Assembly (NCBI RefSeq): GCF_003429665.1
Contig: NZ_QUWK01000002.1
Location: 168,990-200,989, forward strand
Direction of reading: 5' to 3'
Source of the DNA: Sphaerochaeta halotolerans
GTDB taxonomy: Bacteria > Spirochaetota > Spirochaetia > Sphaerochaetales > Sphaerochaetaceae
Length of the DNA stretch: 32,000 nucleotides
The first letter of the stretch is position 1. The number at the start of each line of letters is the position of its first letter. The notes beneath the pieces were generated by a model that ran no database searches, was not told the DNA's origin, and was given only the letters and a program-made list of their open reading frames with translations. This document shows, in pieces, positions 1-8,828 of this stretch. Position numbers and translations under genes: made by a program.

Positions 1-82
1 TACGTTCCCAACCATGTCAGGATAGCATAAAAGTTGGCCTCATCGAGACCGACCTTTTCTGCATCCTTCCTATAAGAAAATG

Positions 83-1366
83 TTACTGTTTCTTTATATG
101 GGAGAGGAACTCCTCAAATCCATTTCCCTTACCCGTTGGTTCATACTCCACAAGGGGGTAGTGTTCCAGGACATAATCAATATCCTTGTCACCACGACCA
201 GAGAGATTGACCAAGATTATCTCATCCTTCTTCATAGTCTTCGCTAGCTTGATGGCGTGAGCTACTGCATGACTCGATTCCAGGGCTGGGATGATACCTT
301 CCATTCTGCTCAGTCCGTAGAAAGCCTCGACAGCCTCATGGTCGGTTGCACTGTCATAATTAACTCTTCCGATGGTCTTCAGGTAGCTGTGCTGGGGACC
401 AACACCTGGATAATCCAAGCCACTTGCGATGGAGTAGACAGGCAGGGCCTCGCCGCTCTCATCTTGCAGTAGGAAGCTCTTGAACCCATGTAGGATCCCT
501 ACCGAGCCCTTTGTAATGGTTGCTGCATGATCCGGGGTATCCAAACCCTTGCCTGCTGGTTCAACTCCGTAGAGCGTAACCTCAGAGTCTTCAAGAAATG
601 CACTGAAAATACCCATGGCATTCGAACCTCCACCTACACATGCAACCACAGCTTCAGGGAGACGGCCGGCCAACTCTTGAATCTGTGCCTTTGCCTCGAT
701 TCCCACCACGCTCTGGAAATCTCTGACCATCATAGGGAAAGGGTGGGGCCCCACCACAGAGCCTATGCAGTAGATTTGGGTATCGGGATCTTCCAGGTAT
801 GCTTCAAATGCTGCATCCACTGCATCCTTGAGTGTTTTTGTTCCTCTGGTAACTTCGATTACCTGGGCCCCAAGGATTTTCATCCTGCTTACATTGGGCG
901 CTTCTTTCTTAATATCGACTTCTCCCATGTAGATATCACACTCAAGTCCGAGTAAGGCTGCTGCAGTTGCAAGGGCAACACCATGTTGTCCCGCACCTGT
1001 TTCTGCAATGACTTTCTTCTTACCCATCTTCTTTGCAAGCAGGACTTCCCCAATGCAGTGGTTGATCTTGTGTGCACCTGTATGGTTCAAGTCTTCGCGT
1101 TTCAGATAGATCTGCGCTCCTCCTACCGCTTCGCTGAGGCGTTTTGCATGATAGACAGGACTTGGCCTTCCCACATAGTGCCTTTGAAGGGAGCTTAGTT
1201 CTTCAAGAAATACTGGATCTTGTACAATATTCTCATATTCCTTGGTTACCTCATCCATGACTGTTTGTAGCTGGGGAGGTATATAGGAACCTCCGAACTC
1301 GCCGAAACGACCATTTGAGTCGGGAAGGTTGGTGGTATTGATTTCTTTGGTAAGTATGTTCTGCAT
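83..1366 (-). CDS. trpB: Tryptophan synthase beta chain (PLP-dependent)
   Basis: 427-aa ORF with TrpB landmarks ([26 protein letters not shown] with the PLP lysine, GGGSNAMG loop). AAGGAG lies about 7 nt upstream of the ATG. Confidence 0.9.
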   Translation of the reverse strand: MQNILTKEINTTNLPDSNGRFGEFGGSYIPPQLQTVMDEVTKEYENIVQDPVFLEELSSLQRHYVGRPSPVYHAKRLSEAVGGAQIYLKREDLNHTGAHKINHCIGEVLLAKKMGKKKVIAETGAGQHGVALATAAALLGLECDIYMGEVDIKKEAPNVSRMKILGAQVIEVTRGTKTLKDAVDAAFEAYLEDPDTQIYCIGSVVGPHPFPMMVRDFQSVVGIEAKAQIQELAGRLPEAVVACVGGGSNAMGIFSAFLEDSEVTLYGVEPAGKGLDTPDHAATITKGSVGILHGFKSFLLQDESGEALPVYSIASGLDYPGVGPQHSYLKTIGRVNYDSATDHEAVEAFYGLSRMEGIIPALESSHAVAHAIKLAKTMKKDEIILVNLSGRGDKDIDYVLEHYPLVEYEPTGKGNGFEEFLSHIKKQ

Positions 1367-1391
1367 AGGGTATCTCCTTGTGTTGGGTGTG

Positions 1392-1421
1392 ATGTTACTA
1401 TAAAGAGAAACAAACTGTCAA
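1392..1421 (-). promoter_or_regulatory. Candidate sigma70 promoter for trpB
   Basis: On the minus strand: TTGACA (1416-1421), an 18-nt spacer, then TAACAT (1392-1397), about 25 nt upstream of the trpB ATG. Pattern match only. Confidence 0.3.
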
Positions 1422-1459
1422 TACAAAGCATGTAAGTTTCTATAAAAAGAGTCATGCAT

Positions 1460-1495
1460 ACACAAAACAACCCACAGAGTCATGCCCTGTGGGTC
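1460..1495 (-). terminator. Rho-independent terminator downstream of trxA
   Basis: Stem ACCCACAG/CTGTGGGT (1470-1477 and 1487-1494). On the minus strand it is followed by GTTGTTTTGTGT, about 20 nt after the trxA stop. Confidence 0.6.
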
Positions 1496-1516
1496 TGTAT
1501 GTGATAGTGTTTCGAC

Positions 1517-1828
1517 CTAGATGCCAAGAGCCTTCTTCACAGCTGTTGCGTCACGTACGCCAATTGCCTTGTCCACAACTTTGCCGTCCTTGTAGAAGAG
1601 CAAGGTGGGAATGGACTGTACGCCAAAGGTCATGGCAAGTTCGCCTTCCTCATCAACATTAACTTTTACAACCTTCATTTTCCCATCCAACTCTTTATCG
1701 AGCTGGTCAAGGATGGGGCCCTGCATGCGGCAAGGACCGCACCATGGTGCCCAGAAATCAACTACAACGGGAACGTTGCTTTTTAAAACTTCAGCTTCAT
1801 ATGTGCTCTTTGTTGCGTGTTTTACCAT
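1517..1828 (-). CDS. trxA: Thioredoxin
   Basis: 103-aa ORF with the canonical WCGPC active site and thioredoxin-fold length. AGGAG lies upstream of the ATG. Confidence 0.92.
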   Translation of the reverse strand: MVKHATKSTYEAEVLKSNVPVVVDFWAPWCGPCRMQGPILDQLDKELDGKMKVVKVNVDEEGELAMTFGVQSIPTLLFYKDGKVVDKAIGVRDATAVKKALGI

Positions 1829-1974
1829 GTTTAACTCCTATTCTGTACGTTTACTATGTTTTGTACTTCTTGTGTTGTATAGGTAGCATACTATAATTAT
1901 TTGCTATCGGCAACTACCCGGGGGGAACTTTTTATGTATCCACCACCGATTTACACTGTGACACTATCTATGCA

Positions 1975-2594
1975 TTGGAGGCTGGAAAATCACATGGTTC
2001 TCCCATCGAGAATGATGGACACACTGATGTGAGATGGATGGAGATGGCAGGAAGCATTACCACAATCTTTGCCCTGTATGTTCTCCTAGAACATGGTATC
2101 TTTCCCTCTAGGAGCGACGGATTGTACTCCCCAAGAGATAGTCTGTGGACTGAAACCATTCTGCTACGATGTGATTACGGAGATGGAACGTCATACCATC
2201 CTGGTTGATGTTTCGCATCTCAATGATGAGGGTTTCTATGATATGGCGAAGGTTGCTGGAAGACCTTTCATCGGGAGTCTTTCCAACTGTAGGTAGGGCC
2301 ATTACCAACCATAGCAGGAACCCCAGAGATGCAATGATTCGAAAGATGGCGGATGTATGAGGGGTGGTTGGCCTGAATTTCCGCCCTTCTTTTCTTTCGG
2401 AGGATTGGCAGCACAGTAGCTTGGAGGCTATGGTGAGGCATGCATGTCATCTCAAACTAGTTGGTGGAGCTCAGGTCATTGCCGTGGGAACTGACTTTGG
2501 GAAGCACTTGCCAAGTACGGTTTCTCAACGAAGGACCTTGAAGGGGTATGGTCAGAGAATGCGCTCAGGGTTTTTTCCTGAGAACCTTGAGTAG
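1975..2594 (+). pseudogene. Membrane dipeptidase (peptidase M19) remnant, frameshifted and shortened
   Basis: M19-like fragments are spread over three frames: IENDGHTDV, then ILVDVSHLNDEGFYDMAKVAGRPFIGSLSN, then LKLVGGAQVIAVGTDFG, then a shifted YGFSTKDLEGVWSENALRVF. Total length is about 0.6 kb, against about 1 kb for an intact gene. Confidence 0.55.
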
Positions 2595-3263
2595 AGCCTT
2601 GTCCTCATCACTGACCAAGCGTGATTCAATGCACTTCTGGATCGTTTTCCTTCTCACTGTCTCAGCAAGCCTGCCTGGTTGCATGTAGGGAAGGGTCTTC
2701 TCCTTGTCCTTGCAGTATGCGGTTGCAAATGCCCAAGCAAGTGCCATCATGACATAGTAATGCCCACTCTCAACATGAGAGAGTCTCTTTAAGACCTCTT
2801 CAATGGTGGTCGACTCAAGGTAGTAAAGCATCAGGGTGACAATCCCCAGGCGCTTGTCATAGGGAGCTTTATGGTTCAGTAATGTGCTGAAGTAGGGGTA
2901 GTAGAATTCCCTGTTCTTACGTATCCATTTCATCTCAGAGGCGAGGCAGTCATTGGTGGCCCAACTATGATTATAGGGCAACATATTTGGCAGATAGGAA
3001 AGTCTTTCTTCTTCTGTAAGCGTGATCTGGCCGAAAAGCTTGTAAAGAATGATCGTCTCTTCATAGGAAAGGGAGTCATAACTGAGTAGTTTTTTAAGAG
3101 CGAGGGTACCATGAGTAGAAGCAATTTGCTTTGCCAGGTTCTGCAATGCTTTGGCCCTAACCCCATACACCTGGCCTTCTGAGACCTGTAGTTTCTGTTG
3201 AAATGAACGATAAGAAGGCTCAGCAAGTTCGCTGAGCCTCTCTATCAATTCTATACGGTTCAT
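2565..3263 (-). CDS. DNA alkylation repair protein (AlkD-like HEAT-repeat family)
   Basis: 232-aa ORF. The N-terminus (LAEPSYRSFQQKL....VYGVRAKALQNLAK) and all-helical repeat composition match the DNA_alkylation family. Its start overlaps the glycerate kinase stop by 4 nt. Confidence 0.7.
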   Translation of the reverse strand: MNRIELIERLSELAEPSYRSFQQKLQVSEGQVYGVRAKALQNLAKQIASTHGTLALKKLLSYDSLSYEETIILYKLFGQITLTEEERLSYLPNMLPYNHSWATNDCLASEMKWIRKNREFYYPYFSTLLNHKAPYDKRLGIVTLMLYYLESTTIEEVLKRLSHVESGHYYVMMALAWAFATAYCKDKEKTLPYMQPGRLAETVRRKTIQKCIESRLVSDEDKALLKVLRKKP

Positions 3264-4393
3264 AGTCCCATCTGCTTGGTGAATCGCATCAAGTTATCGA
3301 TGGTCTTATCCATATCCTCAGGAGCACGGCCCTTGGCCTTCTTGAACTCGACAGCGACTCGGTTGATGGAGAAGATGCCGGTAACACCTTCATCATATGC
3401 ACCGTCCACATCGTCCCCAATATCACCTACAATAGCGAGTACCGGAACCTTTGCTTTCTTGGCACGCCTCGATACCCCGATAACAACCTTGCCTCTGAGT
3501 GACTGTCCATCGATCTTTCCTTCTCCGGTCAGAACTAGGTCTGCGTCCTTAAGCAGGGAGTCGAAGTTGACGGTCTCCAGAACAGTCTCAATTCCCATCT
3601 GCAGGGTAGAAGAGAAGAAGGCAGCCATGCCACCACCCATTCCGCCCGCTGCTCCACTGCCCGGGATGGCTTGTACGTCTATATCCAAATCTTTCTGGAT
3701 TACTCCAGCAAGGCTTTTTAGGTTTGCATCCAGGACCTTTACCATTTCAGGGTCTGCACCTTTCTGGGGTCCAAAGATATAAGCTGCACCATTCGTTCCG
3801 TAGAACGGGTTGTCAATGTCACACATCGTGGTGATGGTTACTTGCTTGAGAGCTGGATCGAGCTCTGATGTGTCAATGGATGCGACCCGACCCATGGTTC
3901 CACCGGTAGGAACAAATGCATTATCATCCTTGTCCTTGAATACTACCCCGCAAGCAGCTGCAACGCCGCATCCACCATCATTGGTGGCACTGCCACCGAG
4001 ACCGACGATGATGTGCTTGCATCCGTTTTTTGCTGCATCAAGCATCAGCTGTCCAACGCCATAGGTTGTGGTCTTGTCGGGACGTAGTTCATCACCCACC
4101 AGTGGGAGCCCAGCGCAAGATGCCATCTCGATAACAGCAGTATCGTCCTTGATGATGCCATAGAAGCTTTCCATGAGTTCACCAAAGGGACCTTGCACAG
4201 TCAGGTTTCGTTTCTCCCCACCGAGTGCCTGAAGGAATGCGTCAACACTTCCTTCTCCTCCATCTGCAACCGGAATGCTGGTGACTTTCGTATCAGGATA
4301 GTGGCGCTTGATAGCTCTGTTCATGATGGAACAAATTTGTTCAGAACTCATCGTTCCCTTGAAGGAATCGGGGATCAACAGGATGTTTTTCAT
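3260..4393 (-). CDS. Glycerate kinase
   Basis: 377-aa ORF. The N-terminal motif ILLIPDSFKGTMSS....PVADGGEGSVDAF and the C-terminal LVLTGEGKIDGQS are characteristic of glycerate kinase (GlxK/GarK family). GGAG lies upstream of the ATG. Confidence 0.9.
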   Translation of the reverse strand: MKNILLIPDSFKGTMSSEQICSIMNRAIKRHYPDTKVTSIPVADGGEGSVDAFLQALGGEKRNLTVQGPFGELMESFYGIIKDDTAVIEMASCAGLPLVGDELRPDKTTTYGVGQLMLDAAKNGCKHIIVGLGGSATNDGGCGVAAACGVVFKDKDDNAFVPTGGTMGRVASIDTSELDPALKQVTITTMCDIDNPFYGTNGAAYIFGPQKGADPEMVKVLDANLKSLAGVIQKDLDIDVQAIPGSGAAGGMGGGMAAFFSSTLQMGIETVLETVNFDSLLKDADLVLTGEGKIDGQSLRGKVVIGVSRRAKKAKVPVLAIVGDIGDDVDGAYDEGVTGIFSINRVAVEFKKAKGRAPEDMDKTIDNLMRFTKQMGL

Positions 4394-4501
4394 CTAAGGC
4401 TCCTCTCTCATATCGGGTGTGATTTGTCCCGGTTTTTTTGCATCTTATGGAATCTGTGGAAAAAAATCCACCCACATGTCAGACAGGTTGTTATTTTTCT
4501 A

Positions 4502-5290
4502 TCAACGTTTCCAAAAATGCTTTGGGAACAGGGTAAAAACGGTGAATAATTCTAAACGGTTTACCAACATCAGGAAGGAACACACCCCCTTAAGCGCTGA
4601 AGAGAGAAAGACAAAATTCCCGGTAGGACCGACCTGTCCAAATCCAATTCCGATGTTGCCAAGACAGAGGAATGAGGTTGCAATGGACGGCATTGAATCT
4701 TCAAGTATGGTGGTACTCCCAACCCTGACCTGGAAAATTCCCTTTGGGTGTATTCTTTGTTTACTATGGGCTTTCCCCATCTTGAAGAGTGTGGCAACTC
4801 TGACCACCTTTACGCCGTCACCTGCAGATCCTGCCAATCCTCCGATGAAGAAAAGCAAGAAGAACAGAAGCGGGGGAAAAGCAGGCCAGGGGACATAGTC
4901 AGTTGTAGCAAACCCTGTGGTAGTGAGTATGGGTGCGGTTAGAAATGCACGATAGCGGAAAGATTCGCCGAACGATCCATACGTATTGGAAACGGTAAGA
5001 TTCCATGCAGCAAGGATTGAAACCACCGTCCAGATGCCAAGATAGAAACGAAGCTCTCCATCAATCAGCACTGATTTTAATTTCCCGCTGATGGCTTTGT
5101 AGTAGAGGGTGAAGTTGGTCCCTGCAATAAGCATGAATATGGTTGCCACGAAGTCGACATAGAGGCTGGAGAAGGTAACAGTTACCGTGTCATAGGGGGA
5201 GAGTCCTCCTAAGCGGAGCAGGATGGTTTCAAGAACGGAAAATCCGATATACATAGTCCAGTGAATGAGGTCTAGTTTCCAGTTTATCAT
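4502..5290 (-). pseudogene. TrkH/KtrB-family K+ transporter, C-terminal half only (probable pseudogene)
   Basis: Contains TrkH D3/D4 landmarks (LTTTGFATTD, FIGGLAGSAGDGVKVVR, LGNIGIGFGQVGP, final HFWKR) but lacks the N-terminal half. It also has shortened linkers. The likely ATG is at 5290 (MINWK). The 302-aa ORF in the track simply reads on upstream into the trkA tail. Confidence 0.55.
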
Positions 5291-5297
5291 GGTAATC

Positions 5298-6060
5298 CTA
5301 CCCAAAGAGTTTTTGGATGAACTTAGTAGCTTGTCTGAGTACAGCAACAACAACAGTATCCCCTTCCTTGAGGGTGGAATACCCATTGGGAATGATGCTC
5401 TTCCCTGCACCGTTGGTAATTCCTGTTACTATTGCCTTTTTTCCTTATATTGATGTCTGTCACAAACAGCGCTGTTTGGATGGGCGACAAATTCATAGAC
5501 TTCAAGCTGTCCGTTAAACAGAGCATGTACACTTGGGACATTGGTGCCCCTAAAATACAGGAGCAAGGACTCCACCGTGGTATCGGTTGTAGAGATGACC
5601 ACATCGATACCGATGTGTTTTGCATAACTTGCGGTGATGATATTCAGCCCGTCATTGTCGGTAAAGGAAATGATCATAGGTTCCCAGTTGTTCTTCTGCC
5701 ATGATGCTAAGAGTATCTTTCCCTTGAATGATTGTCTCTAATGGGGGAGCCTACATAGGTGCTGTGCTCCTCTGTATAAAAGTTATAGAGCAGTAGCTTG
5801 GAATTGCTGAATGCCAAAACAGTTCCATTTACCCCTTGTTTGATGATTTTAAAGATCGATCGTGCTGTTTCTGCATTGGGGTTTACAATATAACCAATAC
5901 CCAGCAACCATTCCCCCACTCCCTGGCACCGTTATAGATCAGTGAGCGTATTGCAGCAACTGTTTTGGTGTTAGGGAATGAAGAGGAGACCGAACCACAC
6001 GGGACAAGATTAATCTCGTCACTGTTGGCTACCGCTTGTTCTACTTCTGCTTCGACTTTA
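5298..6060 (-). pseudogene. TrkA (K+ uptake NAD-binding subunit) remnant with multiple frameshifts
   Basis: TrkA-like pieces occur in different minus-strand frames: VANSDEINLV..., GIGYIVNPNAETARSIFKII, DNDGLNIITASYAKHIGIDVVIST, and IIPNGYSTLKEGDTVVVAV...KFIQKLFG* with the stop at 5298-5300. No frame stays open across the region. Confidence 0.55.
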
Positions 6061-6140
6061 ATGTGATGAAATCACATACTCAATAACTACAACTAACAAA
6101 AGGTATTAAATTATTTTTATAGCATTAATTACAATGCTGG

Positions 6141-6169
6141 TTGACAAGATTTTCCTTTTTCCGTATAGT
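6141..6169 (+). promoter_or_regulatory. Candidate sigma70 promoter of the tRNA gene
   Basis: TTGACA (6141-6146), a 17-nt spacer, then TATAGT (6164-6169), ending 15 nt before the first tRNA nucleotide. Confidence 0.55.
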
Positions 6170-6184
6170 ACAGAAGAAATTCGA

Positions 6185-6257
<73 letters not shown>

Positions 6258-6285
6258 AACAGTTGGTTTGATGAATGGACTGTCG

Positions 6286-6410
6286 GATGTACAAAGGTAC
6301 ACGGCAGGACGGTGATTCCTGATTCTACCAGGCTACTAGGCAACTTGTTAAGACGGCAATGGTCGTATGACGGGTTGCCTTTCTTGTGTCTTGAGCCTGG
6401 ACTGTGGCCA
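6286..6410. repeat. 125-bp direct repeat, copy A (left flank of the AbiE cassette)
   Basis: Aligns base for base with 8147-8271 with 4 mismatches (6296, 6300, 6310, 6388). It starts 29 nt after the tRNA. Confidence 0.95.
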
Positions 6411-6485
6411 GATTGCAGAAGAACTTACTCTTCGGTATTCACATAGGGCCCCATCAGAATGGATGTACTTCCTTCTGGTCTCGTT

Positions 6486-7484
6486 TTACGATAATGAGTT
6501 TGGACTTTGGTTGTTTATCTGTTCTTCTAGTTCCCGTAACGTCTCGAATATCTCAGAAAGTGAGATCTTCTTACCAAATATCATATCTTGCATTTCTCGG
6601 TAATCTCGAATTAGTAGTTGCTTTATTCTTTCTGGAGGAATCAATTTGAATGATCCAGGAATAGCTGTTTCATAATGTGCCCACCTAACAGGATAGAACT
6701 TCTTTTTGAAATCTATGACCTCTTTGAGAAGATGCAGATCAGATAATGCAGAGGTCTTAATCTCAGTATGAGCCAGCATCGCCAAATCATAGTAATGTCG
6801 GGAATAGCGGGCAGGTTGTAGTTTATCTTCTGGGCGATGGGCTTCCTGATGTAGGATAGTAGCCTTCTCCCAAAAGGTTCGTTTCCCTTTTATTGCTCTC
6901 ACTCGAATTTTTTTCAGATTAAAAATCTGTGGAAGATACTGTGCAACATATGGAGTTATCGTGAATTCCTGACTGGGCTGCCATGAAGAGAGAGGGCCGA
7001 TTTCCAAACGAACCTCCGGACGGATATATGCATTATCAAATGCATTGGGATATTTTACATTCACGCAATGAGGATCGTTTATATCTATTTCAAGTTGACA
7101 AACGGGAAAATACAGGCCCTCTAATTTGGGTAAGAGCATGAAAGCGATAAACTCTTGGGCGTTTTTATTGATCTGTTTATTGAACTTGTCTTGTTTATTA
7201 TTTGAACGATCCTTGTTGGGATTTTCAGAAGATACTAGATTCCAGTCAAGAATCAAATCGATGTCTTCAGAGAATCTTTGAATTACGTTATAGACCTTTG
7301 AAAGGCTAGTACCTCCCTTGAATAGTAATATGTTCTTAAGACTCTCAGTATCGTAGATCTTTTGTAGAACCCAACAAACCCAGAAATCCTTTTCAACGAT
7401 TGCAGCTGTTGTTCCCATTTGGGCTGCTGCCTCTGCAAAAATCTGGCCCCTTTCTTCTTGTGAAAATAAGGCAACATTATCCAT
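6486..7484 (-). CDS. abiEii: AbiEii/AbiGii-family nucleotidyltransferase toxin (type IV TA)
   Basis: 332-aa ORF. The N-terminus (AIVEKDFWVCWVL....LLFKGGTSLSKVY..IQRFSEDIDL) is the hallmark of the DUF1814/AbiEii nucleotidyltransferase family. It overlaps the upstream antitoxin gene by 8 nt (ATGGATAA). Confidence 0.85.
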   Translation of the reverse strand: MDNVALFSQEERGQIFAEAAAQMGTTAAIVEKDFWVCWVLQKIYDTESLKNILLFKGGTSLSKVYNVIQRFSEDIDLILDWNLVSSENPNKDRSNNKQDKFNKQINKNAQEFIAFMLLPKLEGLYFPVCQLEIDINDPHCVNVKYPNAFDNAYIRPEVRLEIGPLSSWQPSQEFTITPYVAQYLPQIFNLKKIRVRAIKGKRTFWEKATILHQEAHRPEDKLQPARYSRHYYDLAMLAHTEIKTSALSDLHLLKEVIDFKKKFYPVRWAHYETAIPGSFKLIPPERIKQLLIRDYREMQDMIFGKKISLSEIFETLRELEEQINNQSPNSLS

Positions 7485-8091
7485 CTTGTGATCCTTTGAG
7501 AATTTGCTCTATCGCCTCATATATCCAAACACTTACCTGTTGGGTATCGCGGAGGATTTTGTCGGCAGGGACATTTCCCATTGTCTTAGTTATCTTTTTA
7601 ATAATTTCCGGAGTTATGTGTTCCTTCCCCAGGGCTCTAAGCGCTTGCACGAGCAACCTGCTCTCACGATACTTTAAACCAGTCTCTTTCATTGCCATAT
7701 GCTTAAATTCCAGAGATTGATTTCCGATTGAATACACACGGCTTGGTCCGTCAGAAATGTAAAGATGACGAGCGGATACCTGAGTGGAAAGTCCCAGATA
7801 ATTTAGTGCCGTGTTCCCCGAAGGTTGAATACGCCAATTAAATTTTCGCGCATATGCATAAGCAACTTGTTCCATATCTGGACTAAGATACTGTTGAAGA
7901 ATCTCACTGTAGTGGGGATAGTGATAGATTCCCTGAGAAACTCGGCATATAGTTCCTTTTTTTGTAAAATCAGAAAGAGCTTTTCGCACTGCTGTATCAG
8001 AGAATGGGGGAATGAAATCAATCTTAGAGAAAGCCCAACCCCTACCATGGCTATATATTCTTGCAAGTATTTTATTTGAAACGGATTGCAT
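7477..8091 (-). CDS. abiEi: AbiEi-family antitoxin/transcriptional regulator (type IV TA)
   Basis: 204-aa ORF directly upstream of abiEii and overlapping it. The N-terminal wHTH-like region (ILARIYSHGRGWAFSKIDF....AVRKALSDFTKKGTICRVSQGIYHYP) is typical of AbiEi antitoxins. Confidence 0.8.
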   Translation of the reverse strand: MQSVSNKILARIYSHGRGWAFSKIDFIPPFSDTAVRKALSDFTKKGTICRVSQGIYHYPHYSEILQQYLSPDMEQVAYAYARKFNWRIQPSGNTALNYLGLSTQVSARHLYISDGPSRVYSIGNQSLEFKHMAMKETGLKYRESRLLVQALRALGKEHITPEIIKKITKTMGNVPADKILRDTQQVSVWIYEAIEQILKGSQDG

Positions 8092-8134
8092 ATAGTAATA
8101 TTAGTATATAATTTCACAAAAAGATAGTAATATT
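8092..8134 (-). promoter_or_regulatory. Candidate AbiEi operator pair / TA promoter region
   Basis: The 11-bp direct repeat ATAGTAATATT occurs at 8092-8102 (abutting the start codon) and again at 8124-8134, 32 bp centre to centre, in AT-rich DNA upstream of abiEi. Confidence 0.4.
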
Positions 8135-8146
8135 TGAGAAAATATT

Positions 8147-8271
8147 GATGTACAAAAGTAAACGGCAGGACAGTGATTCCTGATTCTACCAGGCTACTAG
8201 GCAACTTGTTAAGACGGCAATGGTCGTATGACGGGTTGCCTTTCTTGTGCCTTGAGCCTGGACTGTGGCCA
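8147..8271. repeat. 125-bp direct repeat, copy B (right flank of the AbiE cassette)
   Basis: 121 of 125 positions are identical to 6286-6410. Confidence 0.95.
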
Positions 8272-8628
8272 CTTTGGCCTTAAGCATCTGTTTTTTCAGA
8301 TGGTATTTTCTTGACTTTCCGGTTGGTTATAGGATCTCAAGATGCTTATTGGCAAAATTGAAATTCACAATAGTAATATACCTACCATGTATTGATGAAA
8401 ATTACAATGAAATGCGCGTTTTACTTCGTAGCTATATTTACAATTAGTGGTATCAGTAGTATTTTCTTTTTGTGAGGTATTGAGAATGCTTCATCCGCAG
8501 ATACTGCAAAATGAAGCTATGGTCATCTGGACTATTGCTGCAACCTGAGCATCTGTCAAACTAGATGTGTGGGCGGTTCATGTTACGGATTGTGTGGTTC
8601 TGCGTAGCCTAACAATGAGGTCTCAGAA

Positions 8629-8763
8629 ATGCCAAATACTTCAGTACCTGTAAAAAAGCATCGTAGATCAACTCCTTCATATCCGCCATTCAAAGGTCCT
8701 GGAAACAAACCTGGCCCAAAGTCGGTACCAGTGAAGCAGCACCATCGTACATCACCCAAATAA
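8629..8763 (+). CDS. Hypothetical 44-aa basic peptide with an internal repeat
   Basis: ATG with GAGG 8 nt upstream. Translation is MPNTSVPVKKHRRSTPSYPPFKGPGNKPGPKSVPVKQHHRTSPK, in which VPVK-x-H-x-R-[ST]-[ST]-P occurs twice. It is below the 60-aa cutoff of the ORF track. Coding status is unproven. Confidence 0.3.
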   Translation: MPNTSVPVKKHRRSTPSYPPFKGPGNKPGPKSVPVKQHHRTSPK

Positions 8764-8799
8764 CGGGAACTCTGATTCTTTTCGACAATGATACAGCTT

Positions 8800-8828
8800 A
8801 ATGGCCGTACAACGGATTGCCTTTCATG
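8800..8828. repeat. Third, partial copy of the core of the 125-bp repeat
   Basis: AATGGCCGTACAACGGATTGCCTTTCATG matches 6358-6386 (AATGGTCGTATGACGGGTTGCCTTTCTTG) at 24 of 29 positions. Confidence 0.5.

Noticed and set aside
1-82. Possible minus-strand gene downstream of trpB (for example trpA)
   Set aside because: The only minus-strand frame open to the window edge either lacks a start codon or begins at an ATG at 13-15 without an RBS. The translated fragments do not resemble TrpA. There is too little sequence to call.
257-1198. Plus-strand ORFs (257-472, 527-955, 983-1198) and a minus-strand ORF in another frame (889-1077), all inside trpB
   Set aside because: These are shadow ORFs antisense to, or out of frame with, a strongly supported gene. 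They have no RBS and their amino-acid composition looks atypical for real proteins. The same reasoning applies to the many short ORFs embedded in brxC, pglXI, brxHII, pglZ, the kinase gene, and 29546-30268 opposite the binding-protein gene.
4412-4441. Terminator-like hairpin on the plus strand (ATCGGG...CCCGGT followed by T7) between glycerate kinase and trkH
   Set aside because: Both neighbouring genes are on the minus strand, and no plus-strand gene ends here. On the minus strand the T-tract precedes the stem, so it is not a good terminator for trkH. It may be a relic or may stop antisense transcription, but neither is supportable from sequence alone.
5291-5410. N-terminal 40 residues of the 302-aa ORF in the track (4502-5410)
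   Set aside because: This extension is the trkH frame staying open across the 3' end of the trkA remnant. The MINWK start at 5290, just after the trkA stop, is the natural gene boundary.
8486-8548. 20-codon ORF MLHPQILQNEAMVIWTIAAT with GAGG upstream
   Set aside because: It is too short and featureless, and there is no way to judge conservation from this window.
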